From NCBI RefSeq assembly GCF_009914755.1, contig NC_060927.1: a stretch of DNA of 64,000 nucleotides; one strand, 5' to 3'. Origin of the DNA: the human T2T-CHM13v2.0 reference genome, Homo sapiens. A program made the translations under genes and the position numbers. Each line of letters opens with the position of its first letter. The stretch's first letter is position 1. Shown piece by piece: positions 13,681-26,660 of this stretch. The notes under the pieces were generated by a model that was not told the DNA's origin, did no database searches, and saw only the letters and a program-made list of their open reading frames with translations.

Positions 13681-14000
13681 CTATGAGACACCTAAACAGA
13701 TATGATAAGTAGACAATTAAGTGTATAGTTGGGAAATAGGGGGAGATGAAAAGGATGGAGGTAGAAATTTGGGAGATATCAGAGGAAAGATCATGATTAT
13801 GTCATGTGTCTTGAGATCATCTAAGGTAGGAATAGAAATAGAGAGGAAACCATGAACTGTAGCTCTCTCAGCCTGGTTCCAAAGATGATTAAGCAATTCC
13901 ACATAAACTCTAATATTATCTTGACCACTTGAGGATTTTTATTATGAATATGTGGAAGATTTCATTTTTCAATGCATCTACTCCTCCTCCCCTGTCTTTA

Positions 14001-14333
<333 letters not shown>

Positions 14334-14689
14334 AAAGACAGAAGTACAAAAAATTCCGTTCTAGCCCAGTCTGTGTCCAGAAGGTGTGAAGGTTCGTGGG
14401 GCTGGTGGTGGTGGGCATAGGACTCAGATTTAGTGTCAAAAACTTGTTTTCACTGTAACATATGTAGGAATTAAAATTATAAAGGCAAAATTAAGGGATA
14501 AACCAAAAGATGAAGGACAATAAAAGTGACACAAAACAAAGTGTTATGACCAATGCATAAATATGACCAAAGGAAAAAAAAAGACCCACTGGACAAAAAT
14601 TGATGATAAATGAATAACACACTAGAACAAACATTTTCTAGCATGTTGCATGACTCTTAGTAAGACAAAGACAAATAAGGAGGTAAACC

Positions 14690-15035
14690 AGCTCTTCTCA
14701 GTATATATGAGATCATATTACAACATCTTCTAGCCTGGTCTCTCCACTTGATGAAACAAGTTGGAAAATCATGGAGGAAATAGAGAAAGCAAAAAAACTC
14801 TGTATCTTCTAAGGCAAGGATAAACAAATTATCATAATACCATCAGGAATAAGAATAATAAGAACATAATTTATAAGAATTTAATAATATATTTGAAAGG
14901 ATAAATTAAGGAGGATAGTAAATAATTATTCTCCATATTATCAGGAAAATAGATTTACATTGCTTGAAGTCAGAGTCAGATTTAAAGAAAAAATACTTTC
15001 TAGCAGTAGCCATTAGTTGACAAAGTTGTGAGGCA
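14690..15035 (+). mobile_element. Possible L3/CR1 remnant
   Basis: Weak similarity ('cctggtctctccacttgatg', 'tcagatttaaagaaaaaatactttctagcagtag'). Confidence 0.35.
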
Positions 15036-15360
15036 CAATTTTGGATAAGCAGGTCCTGAAATGTCCAAAAGTGATTAATTGAATAGAGTTAAATGTGTCT
15101 AATTTCCCTTGCCCTTGTCCATGTTCAGGTACCTGCATCCTTAGGCATTTCTCTTTTCCCAGATTCTTTATTTTGTGTCTAGTTTTTGCTCATATTGGCT
15201 GCCAATGAATTTTCTCCTAAGAAGTTGACTGCTAGGTTATTAGAGACAGGGATAGTGAATGGAAAGATTACTAGAACAGAAAACAGTGGTTGTGTTTCCA
15301 GTCCTGGTTCTTACTAATTTCCTGTGTGTTGGTTTTAACAATTATAAAATAAGGGAGCTT

Positions 15361-15509
15361 CATGGAATACTATGCAGCCATAAAAAACAGTGAGATCATA
15401 GCTTTTGTGGGAACATAGTTGGAGCTGGAGGCCATTATCCTTAGCAAACTAATGCAGAAATAGAAAACCAAATACCACATGTTCTCACTTTTAAGTGGGA
15501 GCTAAATGA
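15361..15509 (+). mobile_element. L1PA/PB 3' fragment (ORF2 end)
   Basis: 'catggaatactatgcagccataaaaaa...ggagctggaggccattatccttagcaaactaa...catgttctcacttttaagtgggagctaaatga'. Confidence 0.9.
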
Positions 15510-16221
15510 CTTGATTGACAAGTGCTATGTGATGTTAGTGATCCTGGAGAAAGTAAAATGCAGTCAACATTTGGCACAAGGGGTTTCAAGAACGCAATAG
15601 CCTATGTAGAAATGAGGGAAAGTGAGATGAGCAGAGAAATGTCCCAACTTGTTTAGGAAACAGCCAGGGTATGACCCTAGGATCCACCGGAGGTGAAAGA
15701 AGACAGGCAAAACTTCCGTCATGGGACAAGAGGACATAACTACTTTTTCTGTACAAAGAAGCTTGTCAGCTATGTAGGGAAGACTCTTATTTTAAGTGGA
15801 AGCTAGTGCTGAGACATTTTCAGTTTCCAAATATGTTAAAGGAGGTCTCCTTCTGAAGAAGAGAATGAGATGAGATTAAGTGGGGCTTCAGGAGAAAATG
15901 GGCTAGTAGTAAAGAGATGATGTCTTTTCAATGGTAGAAGAAAAGAAAAATGCTGGGGAAACTGAGATGTCCTTCTACAAGATTTGAGAGGAAAATAGTG
16001 TGCCCCAGCGAGGGTGCTCATGTTTGAGGCTTTCCATGCTGCTGATAACATGTAGACTGGAAGTGTGGTGTATGTCTTCTAAGCCTCAAAACTCATCGCC
16101 ATTATGCTCTGTGGATTCTTCATGCTCAATGAGTGTTTAGAAGGTTAGAATTCCAGGACAATTTACTCTTATCTTATACCATGTTGATGGTATGCTGGTT
16201 TCTGAGTAGCAGATAGCCTTG

Positions 16222-16400
16222 TTATTCATTCAAGAACTAGTGAGTATCTATCACTTGTTAGATTCTCTGTTAGGTAAGTAAAATCAGATATGCCCATACT
16301 TTGAGGAAGTGTAGACTAGGAATAGAGGCACACATTAGTTTCATGTTTTAAAACTAAATGTACAATTACAAAGTGTTATAAGTGTCAAGGGACATAGTGT
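16222..16400 (-). mobile_element. L2 3' remnant
   Basis: Begins 'ttattcattcaag...tgagtatctat', the reverse of the L2 3' terminus. Confidence 0.5.
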
Positions 16401-16499
16401 CATGAGAATCTTCTGACATTATCTGATAATGATTGACTGGCTGACTATTCAGGAACAGCCAGCTGTTGACTTGTAGCTGGCAGGCTATTCAGTAACTTC

Positions 16500-16642
16500 A
16501 TTGGCTAGTTTTGTTCCTGGGCAATTTACCACATGTTGCTTCAGTTTCCTCTTTGGCAAAATGGGATAAATAAGATGATCTACTTCATAGGGTGTTAAAA
16601 TGGTATCTAGCATATGCTAAACATTCAATGTATTTTAGCTAT
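16500..16642 (+). mobile_element. MIR
   Basis: 'ctgggcaatttaccac...cttcagtttcctctttggcaaaatgggata...ctacttcatagggtgtt'. Confidence 0.8.
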
Positions 16643-17005
16643 TGTTTCAGTTCATTGGGGCTGCTATGAAAAAATATCATCTACTGGGTAGTTCATAAGC
16701 AACAGAGATTTAATTCTCATAGTACTGGAGGCTGGGAAGTCCACGATCAAAATGGTGGCAGATTTGGTGTCTGGCGAGGGCCCACTTTTCTGGTTCGTAT
16801 AAAACACCTGATTGCTGTGTCCTCACATAGTAGAAGAAGCCAGGAGATTCTCTCAGGCCTCTTTCATAAGAACCCTAATCCCATTCACGAGGGCACCACT
16901 CTTATAATTTACTGCCCCAAAGCCCTGTGAACTAATACCTTCACTTTGGGGGTTTAGACTTCAACATATGGATTTCGAAGGGACTTAAACATTCAGACCA
17001 TAGCA
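16643..17005 (-). mobile_element. MLT1A-type MaLR solo LTR
   Basis: TG...CA ends, 'ctggaggctgggaagtcc', 'aaacattcagaccatagca'; 5-bp TSD gctat/gctgt. Confidence 0.92.
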
Positions 17006-17244
17006 GCTGTTATATTGTTATTATTATTTTAGTGAACCAGAGTCCTACTCCTTGCAGTTATTCTCTTAAGAAGATCCATTCTCTCATGCTTCTTTTGAGC
17101 ATTTTCTTTGGTTTGCTGTCACATAAAAATCTGGAATAAAGAGCACAAAGATAGTGGAACTTGAAACATTAATTATATTGTGATTATTTCTTAGCATAAT
17201 AAAAAAACAAGAGAATGATCCTTTTGTTATCTATTCTCATTCTC

Positions 17245-17480
17245 TCATTCATGCTTTCCTTCATCCATATATCAAACATTCCCTGAGAAAATAAAGCTAG
17301 GTGCTTGGGGGATGAAACGATAAATTAGCATCAATTCCTAATCTGTCTTTCAGTCTAGTAAGGCTGACAGACAAGTACAAAAACAGCTGCTGTGTAGTGA
17401 GAAAAGTTATATACTTGAGAACTGTACCAAGTACAGCTGAGGCACAGCGGACCACTTCTGCTCAAATCGAGGAAATAAGA
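17245..17480 (-). mobile_element. L2 remnant
   Basis: 'tcattcat...gctaggtgcttggggat...cagtctagtaaggctgacagacaagt'. Confidence 0.55.
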
Positions 17481-18559
17481 GAAGGCAAATGACAGGCAAA
17501 AGAGAGAGCCCTCTTGTCCTTGTTCTTCACTTATACATGTAATTAAAGGACACAAACCTTCTCATTAGCATTTTCATCCACAGGATATATGCTAGAGAGA
17601 GCTATGAAGATTTCTAATGGTGCTTATTAATCATAATGCAATTTTATTCAGGAAATAAACATAACAATGGTCAGGCTTTCAGCTTATGATTGACTATAGC
17701 AATCATATATAGTGTTTTCTGGCAACTTTACATTATACCATTCATTCAGTTTACCCACATTTCTCTTCTGTCCCAGGTCTTATCAAAAGAGCTAATAATA
17801 CTCTCATGACCTCGGTTGGTAGTTTTACACATTTCTCTTAAACTATCCCCTCTTGCTCCTTATTTTATTCTTATTTTCCCCTCTTACCCTTTATGGACAG
17901 TTTCACTGCTAGTCTTCCTATCCTTCTGTCCTTTCCATTTTAAAAACACTCCAGAATTATAAATTATAGGAATTGGAGGAAAAAAGAGCAAGAAATAGTG
18001 TGCTATAATAAAGTATGCTGGTGACAATTTTTAATGCACATTATAGGAGGGAAGACAAAGAAAGAAAAGTTGAACAGAGAAGCTTTTGATAGCAGAGCAA
18101 GAATGATTTAAGCAGTTTCTGATGCATATTTCCCTTTACATGTATTTTGTAAAATTTCTGCATGCTGAAGGTGAATTGACAATAGAAAGCTAATATTTGT
18201 CAGTTGATAAAGAAGAACTAGGTTTCACCAATGCAGATTTATTTCATAAGCAAATATTTTTGTATTTAAAAGGTGGTTGAGCAGAGCAATATAATGACTG
18301 CGTTTAAAAGTTTCATTACCTAGTGTGAAAGGATAGAAATACTTATTATTCAAAAAATGGGGAAGGAAAAGGTAACATAGAAAAGAAAGGGAAAAGTTTC
18401 TGAAGAAAAATATAGAGTTAAAAGCAATAAATTATGACGAGTAGTCTATGGTTTATTAGACTTGAATAGATGGGAAGGATGGCTATGTTAATATCTTTTA
18501 TTTCAAGAGGGTGAATAAAATGAAAAGCAGACAAAAAATGATGGCAGGTGCCTTGCTAT

Positions 18560-18920
18560 GCAATAAGAAGCTACTAAAACTACTGTAACTGCCTGTGGCA
18601 GAAATAAATACCTTTTCAAAAAATGTTTGCAGAAGAGGTGGCACAGCACTGTCTATTTGTTGAAAGAATCATGGAAAAAGACTTCTGGAAGAGATGACAA
18701 TGCTTGGGGGAAAATGTATGAATCATCGATAGTTAAAAAACAATCAAATCAAAAAAAGAGAAAGAATGGAGATAAATGGAAAGGGAAAGAGAAAAAGGAA
18801 AATATACCTGCAGATGCAGAAAATCTTTAGGTTTTAAGCAAGTAATTTCCAGATGGATAAAAGATTATAAAAAAGGAAGCAACAAAGTCAGAAATTGTGG
18901 ATAAATACTTATATCACAAT
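18560..18920 (+). mobile_element. Possible ancient L1 (L1ME-like) ORF2 remnant
   Basis: 'aatttccagatggataaaagattata...gaaattgtggataaatacttatat' resembles L1 ORF2 3' region. Confidence 0.35.
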
Positions 18921-19567
18921 GTTCTTGATTACCAGTTCAGCCCATAATCATTTCTTCCTGAGGCACTAGCTATGGACCAGCAAAAGCTGGCTCAGAGCCA
19001 GCATTGCTGCTTAATGAGTTTTGATACACAATTCATCTAGCATTTGGGGAAAATGTAAATATGGAAAGTGTAGGAAGACCTTATAAAGTGAAATAGTCAT
19101 AGGAAATTCTTGGAAATTAAAAGAAAAAGGATTCTGCAAGGATGCACTTTAAAGTATCCCTTAGGAAATGGAAATGGGAGATTTAAGGAAAGGAGAGTTT
19201 TCCATAATTCCTTTCATCAGTTTTTGTTTGGATTTTTATAGGAATAAGTCATAATTTTTAAATTTAAAAATTAATAAAGATTTTTCAAAGCTAAAAATAG
19301 ACTAAACTCTCATTTGCATATTGTTTAGTCAATAACTTTGTCAAGGCTATAGGACTAATTAGTTGGTCAGGTAATGAATAGTCCCCTATCCTGACTTTCT
19401 TTTGTAAAAAGAGATTGAAGACAGTTAAGCATGAGAATAAATCAGATAGGCCATAAATTTTCTCAAATTGCTACTATTTTTTTGTGAAGACAGGGTAGGA
19501 CATTTGAGTTTTGCATTCTCCACTTCTCTTGCCTCCTTCCCAGTTACAACTTGCAGTTCTCTGTTAA

Positions 19568-19920
<353 letters not shown>

Positions 19921-19989
19921 CAGATACTCTTTTTCTGTAACATGGAGTTGAGCCCACAGATCTACATTTTAAATAAATGTCCTTTAGGG

Positions 19990-20217
19990 CAGGCATTAAC
20001 GAATTTTTTCTGTATAGGGCCAGATAATAGATATTTTAGGCTTTGTGTGTCAGAAGGACTCTATTTCAGCTCCTCAACTCTGTAGCTGTAGCACAAAAGC
20101 AGCTATAGATAACATAAAATGGGCATGGCTGTGTTCCAATAAAACTTTAAAAACAAAACAAAACAAATAGAGCCATCAGAGTAGATTTGGTCTATGGACA
20201 GTAGTTTTCCTACCCTT
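19990..20217 (+). mobile_element. MER58A (hAT-Charlie MITE)
   Basis: 'ttttctgtatagggccagataatagatattttaggctttg', 'gggcatggctgtgttccaataaaacttt'; flanks ctttaggg/ctatagaa resemble a hAT target site. Confidence 0.9.
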
Positions 20218-20470
20218 GCTATAGAAGATTCTTTTCAAATGGGCTTAGAAGATATTTTGAGGATGTGCAATTTTATATATAATAGTTTTGTTAAGTGCAA
20301 CTCACAGGATTGTTTCTGAGCATGGAGATGTAAGAGGTGTCTTCTCTCCTTTCACAAGGATGGTTTTACATCAGGACCTGGAAAACTTAATTGCATGTGT
20401 AATCACGTAATTAAGGAGTTTAGTATACTAACTGTCAGCAATAAGCGATTACTACCATGGCCTGCTGTTT

Positions 20471-20630
20471 TGATGAAATGTCAATGGTGGAGTATTGCAT
20501 GATTAAATGTCCCTGACAATGCTGATGATAATATGTCAGTGATAAGATGCTGTATGGAGAAATGTCCCTACAATAAAATGTTGCATAACAAGATTTCCCT
20601 ATGATGAAATGGTCAACAGAATGTCACCAG
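20471..20630. repeat. Degenerate ~15-bp tandem array (about 11 units, consensus ~TGATAAAATGTCNNN)
   Basis: Manual phasing: tgatgaaatgtcaa/tggtggagtattgca/tgattaaatgtccc/tgacaatgctga/tgataatatgtcag/tgataagatgctgta/tggagaaatgtcccta/caataaaatgttgca/taacaagatttcccta/tgatgaaatggtcaa/cagaatgtcaccag. Confidence 0.7.
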
Positions 20631-20779
20631 AACAAATGAACGCAAATGAACACACACACACACACACCCAGAAATGACATGGCAGCTTTGCTGCCTAACT
20701 ACTTTCAATATAATTTATATTGATAGAAAGGCTTTTTACTTTTAAAATCAGGGAGTTAGTACATCTAAATGCTGAAAAG

Positions 20780-20802
20780 TTTTTTTTTTTTTTTTTTTTT
20801 TT
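20780..20802. repeat. Poly(T)23 tract not attached to an Alu or L1
   Basis: Seen directly. Confidence 0.95.
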
Positions 20803-20851
20803 GGGACACTGCCGGTGGCCCCTTTCATCTCTGTGGCTTCGTATCCTGCAG

Positions 20852-20956
20852 AATGTGTTGTGGAGCAGGCGATCCTGGCATCTCTGAGTCAAGAGAGCTA
20901 GTTCAATCGCCTGCTTTGCGTTCCCCACCTCTCCCACCTCCTTCCCAGTTGGAACA
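20852..20956 (+). other. Candidate exon (105 nt) containing a stem-loop
   Basis: Acceptor 'cccctttcatctctgtggcttcgtatcctgcag', donor ACA|GTAAGT; GC- and CpG-rich relative to flanks. It could instead be a first exon. Confidence 0.5.
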
Positions 20957-21218
20957 GTAAGTTCTCTATGAAAGCTTCTGCAAATGATGACAAGAAGGAG
21001 AGTTCTCAGGGAAAGCAGCTGAGCTTTAATGCGAGTAAAATGGTTCCAAATGTAAAACACATTTGAAAATCTAAATGTGTGCCCCCAAAACCACATCAAT
21101 AGAACCTTTAATGATCTTCAGAACCAGCCTTTTCTCTTCCTGTCGGTAGGAAGATTGTTTCAAATCTGTTTGTGCCTGAAGCACTTTTGATTGTGACAGT
21201 CTTCTCATTCATGGGCTA

Positions 21219-21299
21219 AACATGGCGTCCCACTGGAAGTGCCATCTAGGTTCACAGCAATACAGTATGATATGAAAGTATAAACAGAAGTCGGAAGTG
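21219..21299. promoter_or_regulatory. YY1-like and ETS-like motif cluster
   Basis: AACATGGCG (21219-21227), CTGGAAGTG (21233-21241), CGGAAGTG (21292-21299). Motif match only. Confidence 0.3.
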
Positions 21300-22487
21300 C
21301 ATTTCTCCTCTGAGATAACAAGTGAAACTAGATTTTCAGACCACCTATTATGCCATGAAAAATAAAAGAGAAAGAAAAATAAGACCTACTCTATGTCAGC
21401 TGCCTGGTTCATAGGAATGAAACATACCAGGTCAATGTGGAGCCCTTTAAGTGACTCCTGTATGTATGGGCAGAATATCGATCCTTGCTCTGGGACCGTC
21501 ATTAAAATTTTTCACAAGATAAATGCAAAGATATTAACATCAGCCTGAACTTCTTTCTGCTTTTTTGTGGGTTGGCTGATCATAATTGATTAAAAAATGG
21601 ATTGGTTCTTAACCTGGCTTCATTTTCCTCTTTTGCTTTGAGTTCCTGCCTAAAAATAAGGGCTCAGCCATAGCTAATGATTGGGCTCCCCAACATATAC
21701 ATTAAGACTTACAATTCTTATAACTCTGTTACTCATAGTAATGAGCTGACTGGATAAAATAACAGTAGTTTTCTTATAGATAGACATGCTCCACCCTCAT
21801 TATAGAACTATTTTCAAAAGCCAAGGATATTGAAAGTTATAACAGTAATGTCAGCCCTTATGATTAAATCATGAGGCACATGAGTTTTTCGTTTAAATTT
21901 GATGTTCTCATGATCTCAATATTTTTCATGCAAATCTTGTTATTTCTGCATCCTTTCACACTCCAGCTTAAATTGCTTGTCAATCGCCGTGCTTTTCTTG
22001 AGTGCAGCACTTCTGAGATTCTCCAATACGATTTTATACATCTATTTATATCTACTTCTTTAGTATATTTTCCCTTAAAGAAGACATTGGTACAGCATTC
22101 CAAATCACATTTAATGAAGTCTTTTGAATTGGGAACAGTAACTTTGGAGGCCAAATGAGATGAGGCAAGAGGATTGGTTTGGCCAGAAGACAGGTGTGGG
22201 GAAGAACTGTAGGTTAAGACAGGAAGAAGCCATTTTATACTTTAATTTATAGAATTTTAAAAAACATTTTAACTAGAGTGCTTACATTAGGGTTGATTAG
22301 AGCAAGGGCAAAGCTGCAGTCTAGCAAAGGGAAACACCATAAATAGGAAGATCATTAAAAGGTTAGTTAACGAAAAAAGACATTTAAAAGCACCCTCACA
22401 AAATAACCCTTGAAATCTCACGTTGTTAAAGGGATTTCAGTTTTTCAGAATCTATAAGCCCACAATTTAAACTTTTCAAACCAAATG

Positions 22488-22494
<7 letters not shown>

Positions 22495-22532
<38 letters not shown>
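22495..22532. repeat. (TG)19 microsatellite
   Basis: Seen directly. Confidence 0.97.
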
Positions 22533-22535
<3 letters not shown>

Positions 22536-23639
22536 ACTACTTCTGATAATCATAATATTTTCAAATACCATCATCTGCTTTGACCTTGGAAATCTAAGGG
22601 AAAAAGACCAGAGACAAATATGCTTCAGTCATGTCACTCTCCTTTTCCCAAATTTTACTAGACTTGTACCATGAAGATCTACTATTGTACAAGCAAGTTT
22701 TAGTCCCCTGTCGCCCATCTGCCCCCAGCACTCCATCTTGTTCACTCATACAGAGTAACATTTCGCCATGTATCTTGTAAAATCAGCTACCGTGCTTGCA
22801 CAGGGCTGGAATGTCCTTGGTATAACAAGACATGCAATAATGTGCACTCATGTAGTTGAAGACATTTCTAATTGATTATACATTTATTTGCCACACCACT
22901 GTTCTCCTGGGAATATTGCTTAAGAAAAAAGTGTTTGAATAATCACATACTGTTTTAGGGATTCCTGATGTTTGCTAATGAATACACTACAAAGCTTTAT
23001 TTTTCAAATGTGCTCTCAAATGTGTAACCTACTTGCTTTTTCCATGCATTTTTATATTCCAGAGGATCCTCTAGTGACAGAACATTTTCAATCATTACTT
23101 CTCTTTGGTGGAATCAATTACCTCCTGATAGATTCTCTTTACAAGTTTAAAATTGCATTTAAAAACTCATCTCTTTCTGAATTCTAATTGGACATCCTTT
23201 GAACTCTACATTTTTTTACTGAATATTTGTTTATGAATCTTTCTATGATTTAAAGGGCTCCCTATCACATTTCTGGACTGACTGCAATATTTAACTTACA
23301 AAATGTGATTCCTTTGTGAAACTACATTATGAAACAAAGATTTTATTTACTCTCAAAGGAAAGAACAGAAGCATAATCTTGACAAAGTAAAAAAGTTGAG
23401 AAGTAATCATGTACTTAAAACATATATTATTCTGCCTATGTGATTTGTTTAAAGTCACATTTGAGGATATCAAAAATAGAATTCCCTATGACTATCTCCT
23501 CACATGCAGAATCATATATAGGAGGTCATTTATATTTTTTATGTACATAGTAGCCCATTAGCTTTACAATAGTCATTATTTATCAAATTCATCAATCTGC
23601 AATATAATCAAGAGGTGAGAAGGTTAGACATATATCTAA

Positions 23640-23860
23640 ACAATTATACTATGTGCTAACATTGACTACTGTCATATTTAAACCACTTTATATTGTTATT
23701 TGATTTTTTTTCCAATAACCCAATTAGATGGAAAATTTTAGTCCCTTTTTCCAGATGAGGAATATAAAAAAATGAGTTAAAGTTACCTGTTTGAACTTAC
23801 ATAATTAACAGAAGAACTGAGGTTTAAACTTAGATACTACTCATTCCAAAGCTATTCTTA
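23640..23860 (-). mobile_element. MIR remnant
   Basis: 'ttttccagatgaggaa...gttaaagttacctg...gaactgaggtttaaacttag...tccaaagc'. Confidence 0.65.
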
Positions 23861-24308
23861 TTTTTTTAAGCGGCACCCTATCTCTCAAAGTAGATGGTAA
23901 AAAGAGTCTTGATTTTAAACATGTGTAGTTTTACCCATAAAAGAATTTGGGGGCCCTATACTTAGAGCCACTTCTTTCATTTAAAAATAAATCTTACTGC
24001 TAGCTTAACTGATTTCTTTAGTCTGCATTACAAGAAACTGAATAGAAAATGGATAGAGGGAAGGCATTGATGTTAAATACAGATCTGGCAACTTCTCTTC
24101 TCTCAAGATCACATAGAAGACACACAGGCAATGGTCATAATGCAAGTTTTTATTCCCTCCTCCAGCACTTTGGAGAATTTAGTACTTTTACCAACACTGG
24201 CAAAATCCAACTGCAGAAACCAGACAGTAAAAAATCTAAACCCAGATCCGTCTGATTTTAGGCAAATGCGAGACCAATCTTTGAAGCCAGTGTCACAAAA
24301 TTTTAGCC

Positions 24309-24691
<383 letters not shown>

Positions 24692-24884
24692 TGAAATGTT
24701 TGCTTCAATCATAGGCTCCATCACACACTGCTGTCTTACTCTAAACTTGCTTAGTTCATTTATATCAACTTCTCAGCCCACAGAGATATTTGAGTTTGCA
24801 ACTCTTGCTCTAACATGTCATGTAAAGAAAGGCTCTTTTTGCTATTTACTCTGGTTCTACTCGTGGTTCTCACTATAATATCCA

Positions 24885-25030
24885 ACAGTGTGGGGGTTAG
24901 GGTGAGATGATTTAACGCTGGGTATTAAATTTAAGTAATTAAGATAAATACTACTTTAATGCAATATTTAAAACAATTAATGCCAAAAATTTATGATGAC
25001 TGAAATAAAGGCATTATCTACTCCTGGCTC
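24885..25030. mobile_element. Possible hAT MITE remnant (MER96B/MER91-like)
   Basis: 'tagggtgag...aaatttaag...aagataaatactactttaatgcaatattt...atgatga'; recalled similarity only. Confidence 0.35.
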
Positions 25031-25279
25031 TAGTATCCAAACTGCCCTTTGGAGACTGTATTTTTATGCTAAAAGCCTTGAATCCAAGGCCTTCCTTCTT
25101 ACTTGATTAGTTTCTACTCCATCTGCCTTACCTCCTCCTCTGAAAAATGTAGGGAGTAGCAACCAATCCTGATTAAAAGAGAGGAACTCAAACAGCAGAT
25201 CCACATGGCTTTATTCAGAGGAGGGGCCTACATTCAGTATGCCTCGAAGAAGCCCTTTGTATAGTTGATAATTTTAAAA

Positions 25280-25460
25280 CAACAATAGCTAACATTTATT
25301 GAACACTATATTTAGTTTCTGTGGTAGGCACTTATTTATTTTACTAATTCCTAACAACAATCTTATGTGATATAGCCATTATCTCCAGTTTCCACATGAG
25401 CCTAAGTCACTTGTCTAAGCTAAAGCCTGGTAGAGTAAGGGATTACATTAGGACATTATA
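25280..25460 (-). mobile_element. MIR remnant
   Basis: 'aatagctaacatttattgaacacta...aacaacaatcttatg...aagtcacttgtctaag'. Confidence 0.7.
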
Positions 25461-25949
25461 ATGATAGAACACATAATTTTAGAGATTACTAAAACTGATC
25501 TGTAGTCATAAATAGAAGGCTAATTGATTTTAGCTTAAGAAGCAGGAAAGCGATATGCTAAAAGAATTTGTTATGCACAACTGGTTGTTTCCATGAGATA
25601 ATATTTGGAGATTTTTAGCCAATGCTTTTATTTATTTTACATTATTATTATTTGGAAAATTACATTATAAATCTGCACTGGAACTATAGAAATTCATTGC
25701 CTAAGGTGGACAAAATGTGCAGTCCAGGACAAAACAAAGTCATTTTTTGTTTTAAATTTGAAGATTGATTTATAAAATTTTCAGCACAGACTATAAGCTT
25801 GAAAATGCCCCAATTTTTAATTGTTACAGTGAAATATTTGATTAAAAAAAGCAGTCATTTTTATTTCCAAAAGTTTGGCTTTATCAAGAACCACAGAACC
25901 TAGAAGACTCAGATCAGGTACAGCATAAATCAGAGCAAGGAGAACTCCA

Positions 25950-26660
25950 GTATGACCTAAGAGCTCCCAAGGAGATAAAAGTCTGATCAGCAAGAGTAAG
26001 AGGGAAACTGAAAAGCATGGAATTAGAGTTAGATTTGCTGGTTTTCTGTGTGTAGACAAACAGGAAGCCTCGCAGAGGAGCCCCACATCCCACATGGTGT
26101 CTGAGAAGTAGAGCAGCACTTCCTCAGAGCCTGAGAGAAGTGTCATGTGGTATTGGTATTGCATGTCTCAGCATGGTGCAGGGAAAGTAGCTAAGATTAA
26201 GTGGATGTGTTTGGAATGAAGAGGACAGAGAGTAAGTGTACCTGAAAAGCAGAGGTCATGACAGGACCTCAGACACCCTCAGTGGATGAATAGGGATCAA
26301 CCATAGTCAGCAGAGGCCATAAAAGATGGAGATGACCACAACTTGCTCCACTCTTCCATTTCTTCTCCCCGCCTGGCTTTTGCTCCATGTCATGAAGCTA
26401 TGTCCAACTTCCTGGAGCCAGGGCCATCCAGGGAGAAGGGAAGACCAAGAGGGAGGGAGAAAATACTGAACTGTGACTGTGATTGCATAGTGAACTCAGA
26501 GATTGACATGTAAATTGGAAGTAATTGTGTTTAATCTTGAATTTGCAAGACTGAAATTTCCTTTATCTTCCCAAATGAGAAACACTTAAATTAAGTTTAC
26601 TCATGGAAGAATAATGGAAGCTCCACCTCTGCGTAGCTGAGTTTTGTAATTGTAAAATTT
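25950..26660. mobile_element. Possible ancient LTR remnant (LTR78-like)
   Basis: Purine-rich segment with 'gggagggagaaaatactgaactgtgactg...tttgcaagactgaaatt'; weak recalled similarity. Confidence 0.3.

Noticed and set aside
20471-20630. Periodic array as CRISPR-like
   Set aside because: Units are contiguous and degenerate with no unique spacers, no cas genes, and the DNA is primate.
20780-20925. Minus-strand reading as a retroposed H/ACA snoRNA (hairpin, ACAACA H-box-like, second hairpin, A23)
   Set aside because: The first hairpin lacks a proper pseudouridylation pocket and pairs worse on minus (A-C mismatches); no terminal ACA box and no clear target-site duplication.
21238-21255. CTCF-like 'AGTGCCATCTAGGTT'
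   Set aside because: Three mismatches at the conserved CCA end of the core; too weak without ChIP data.
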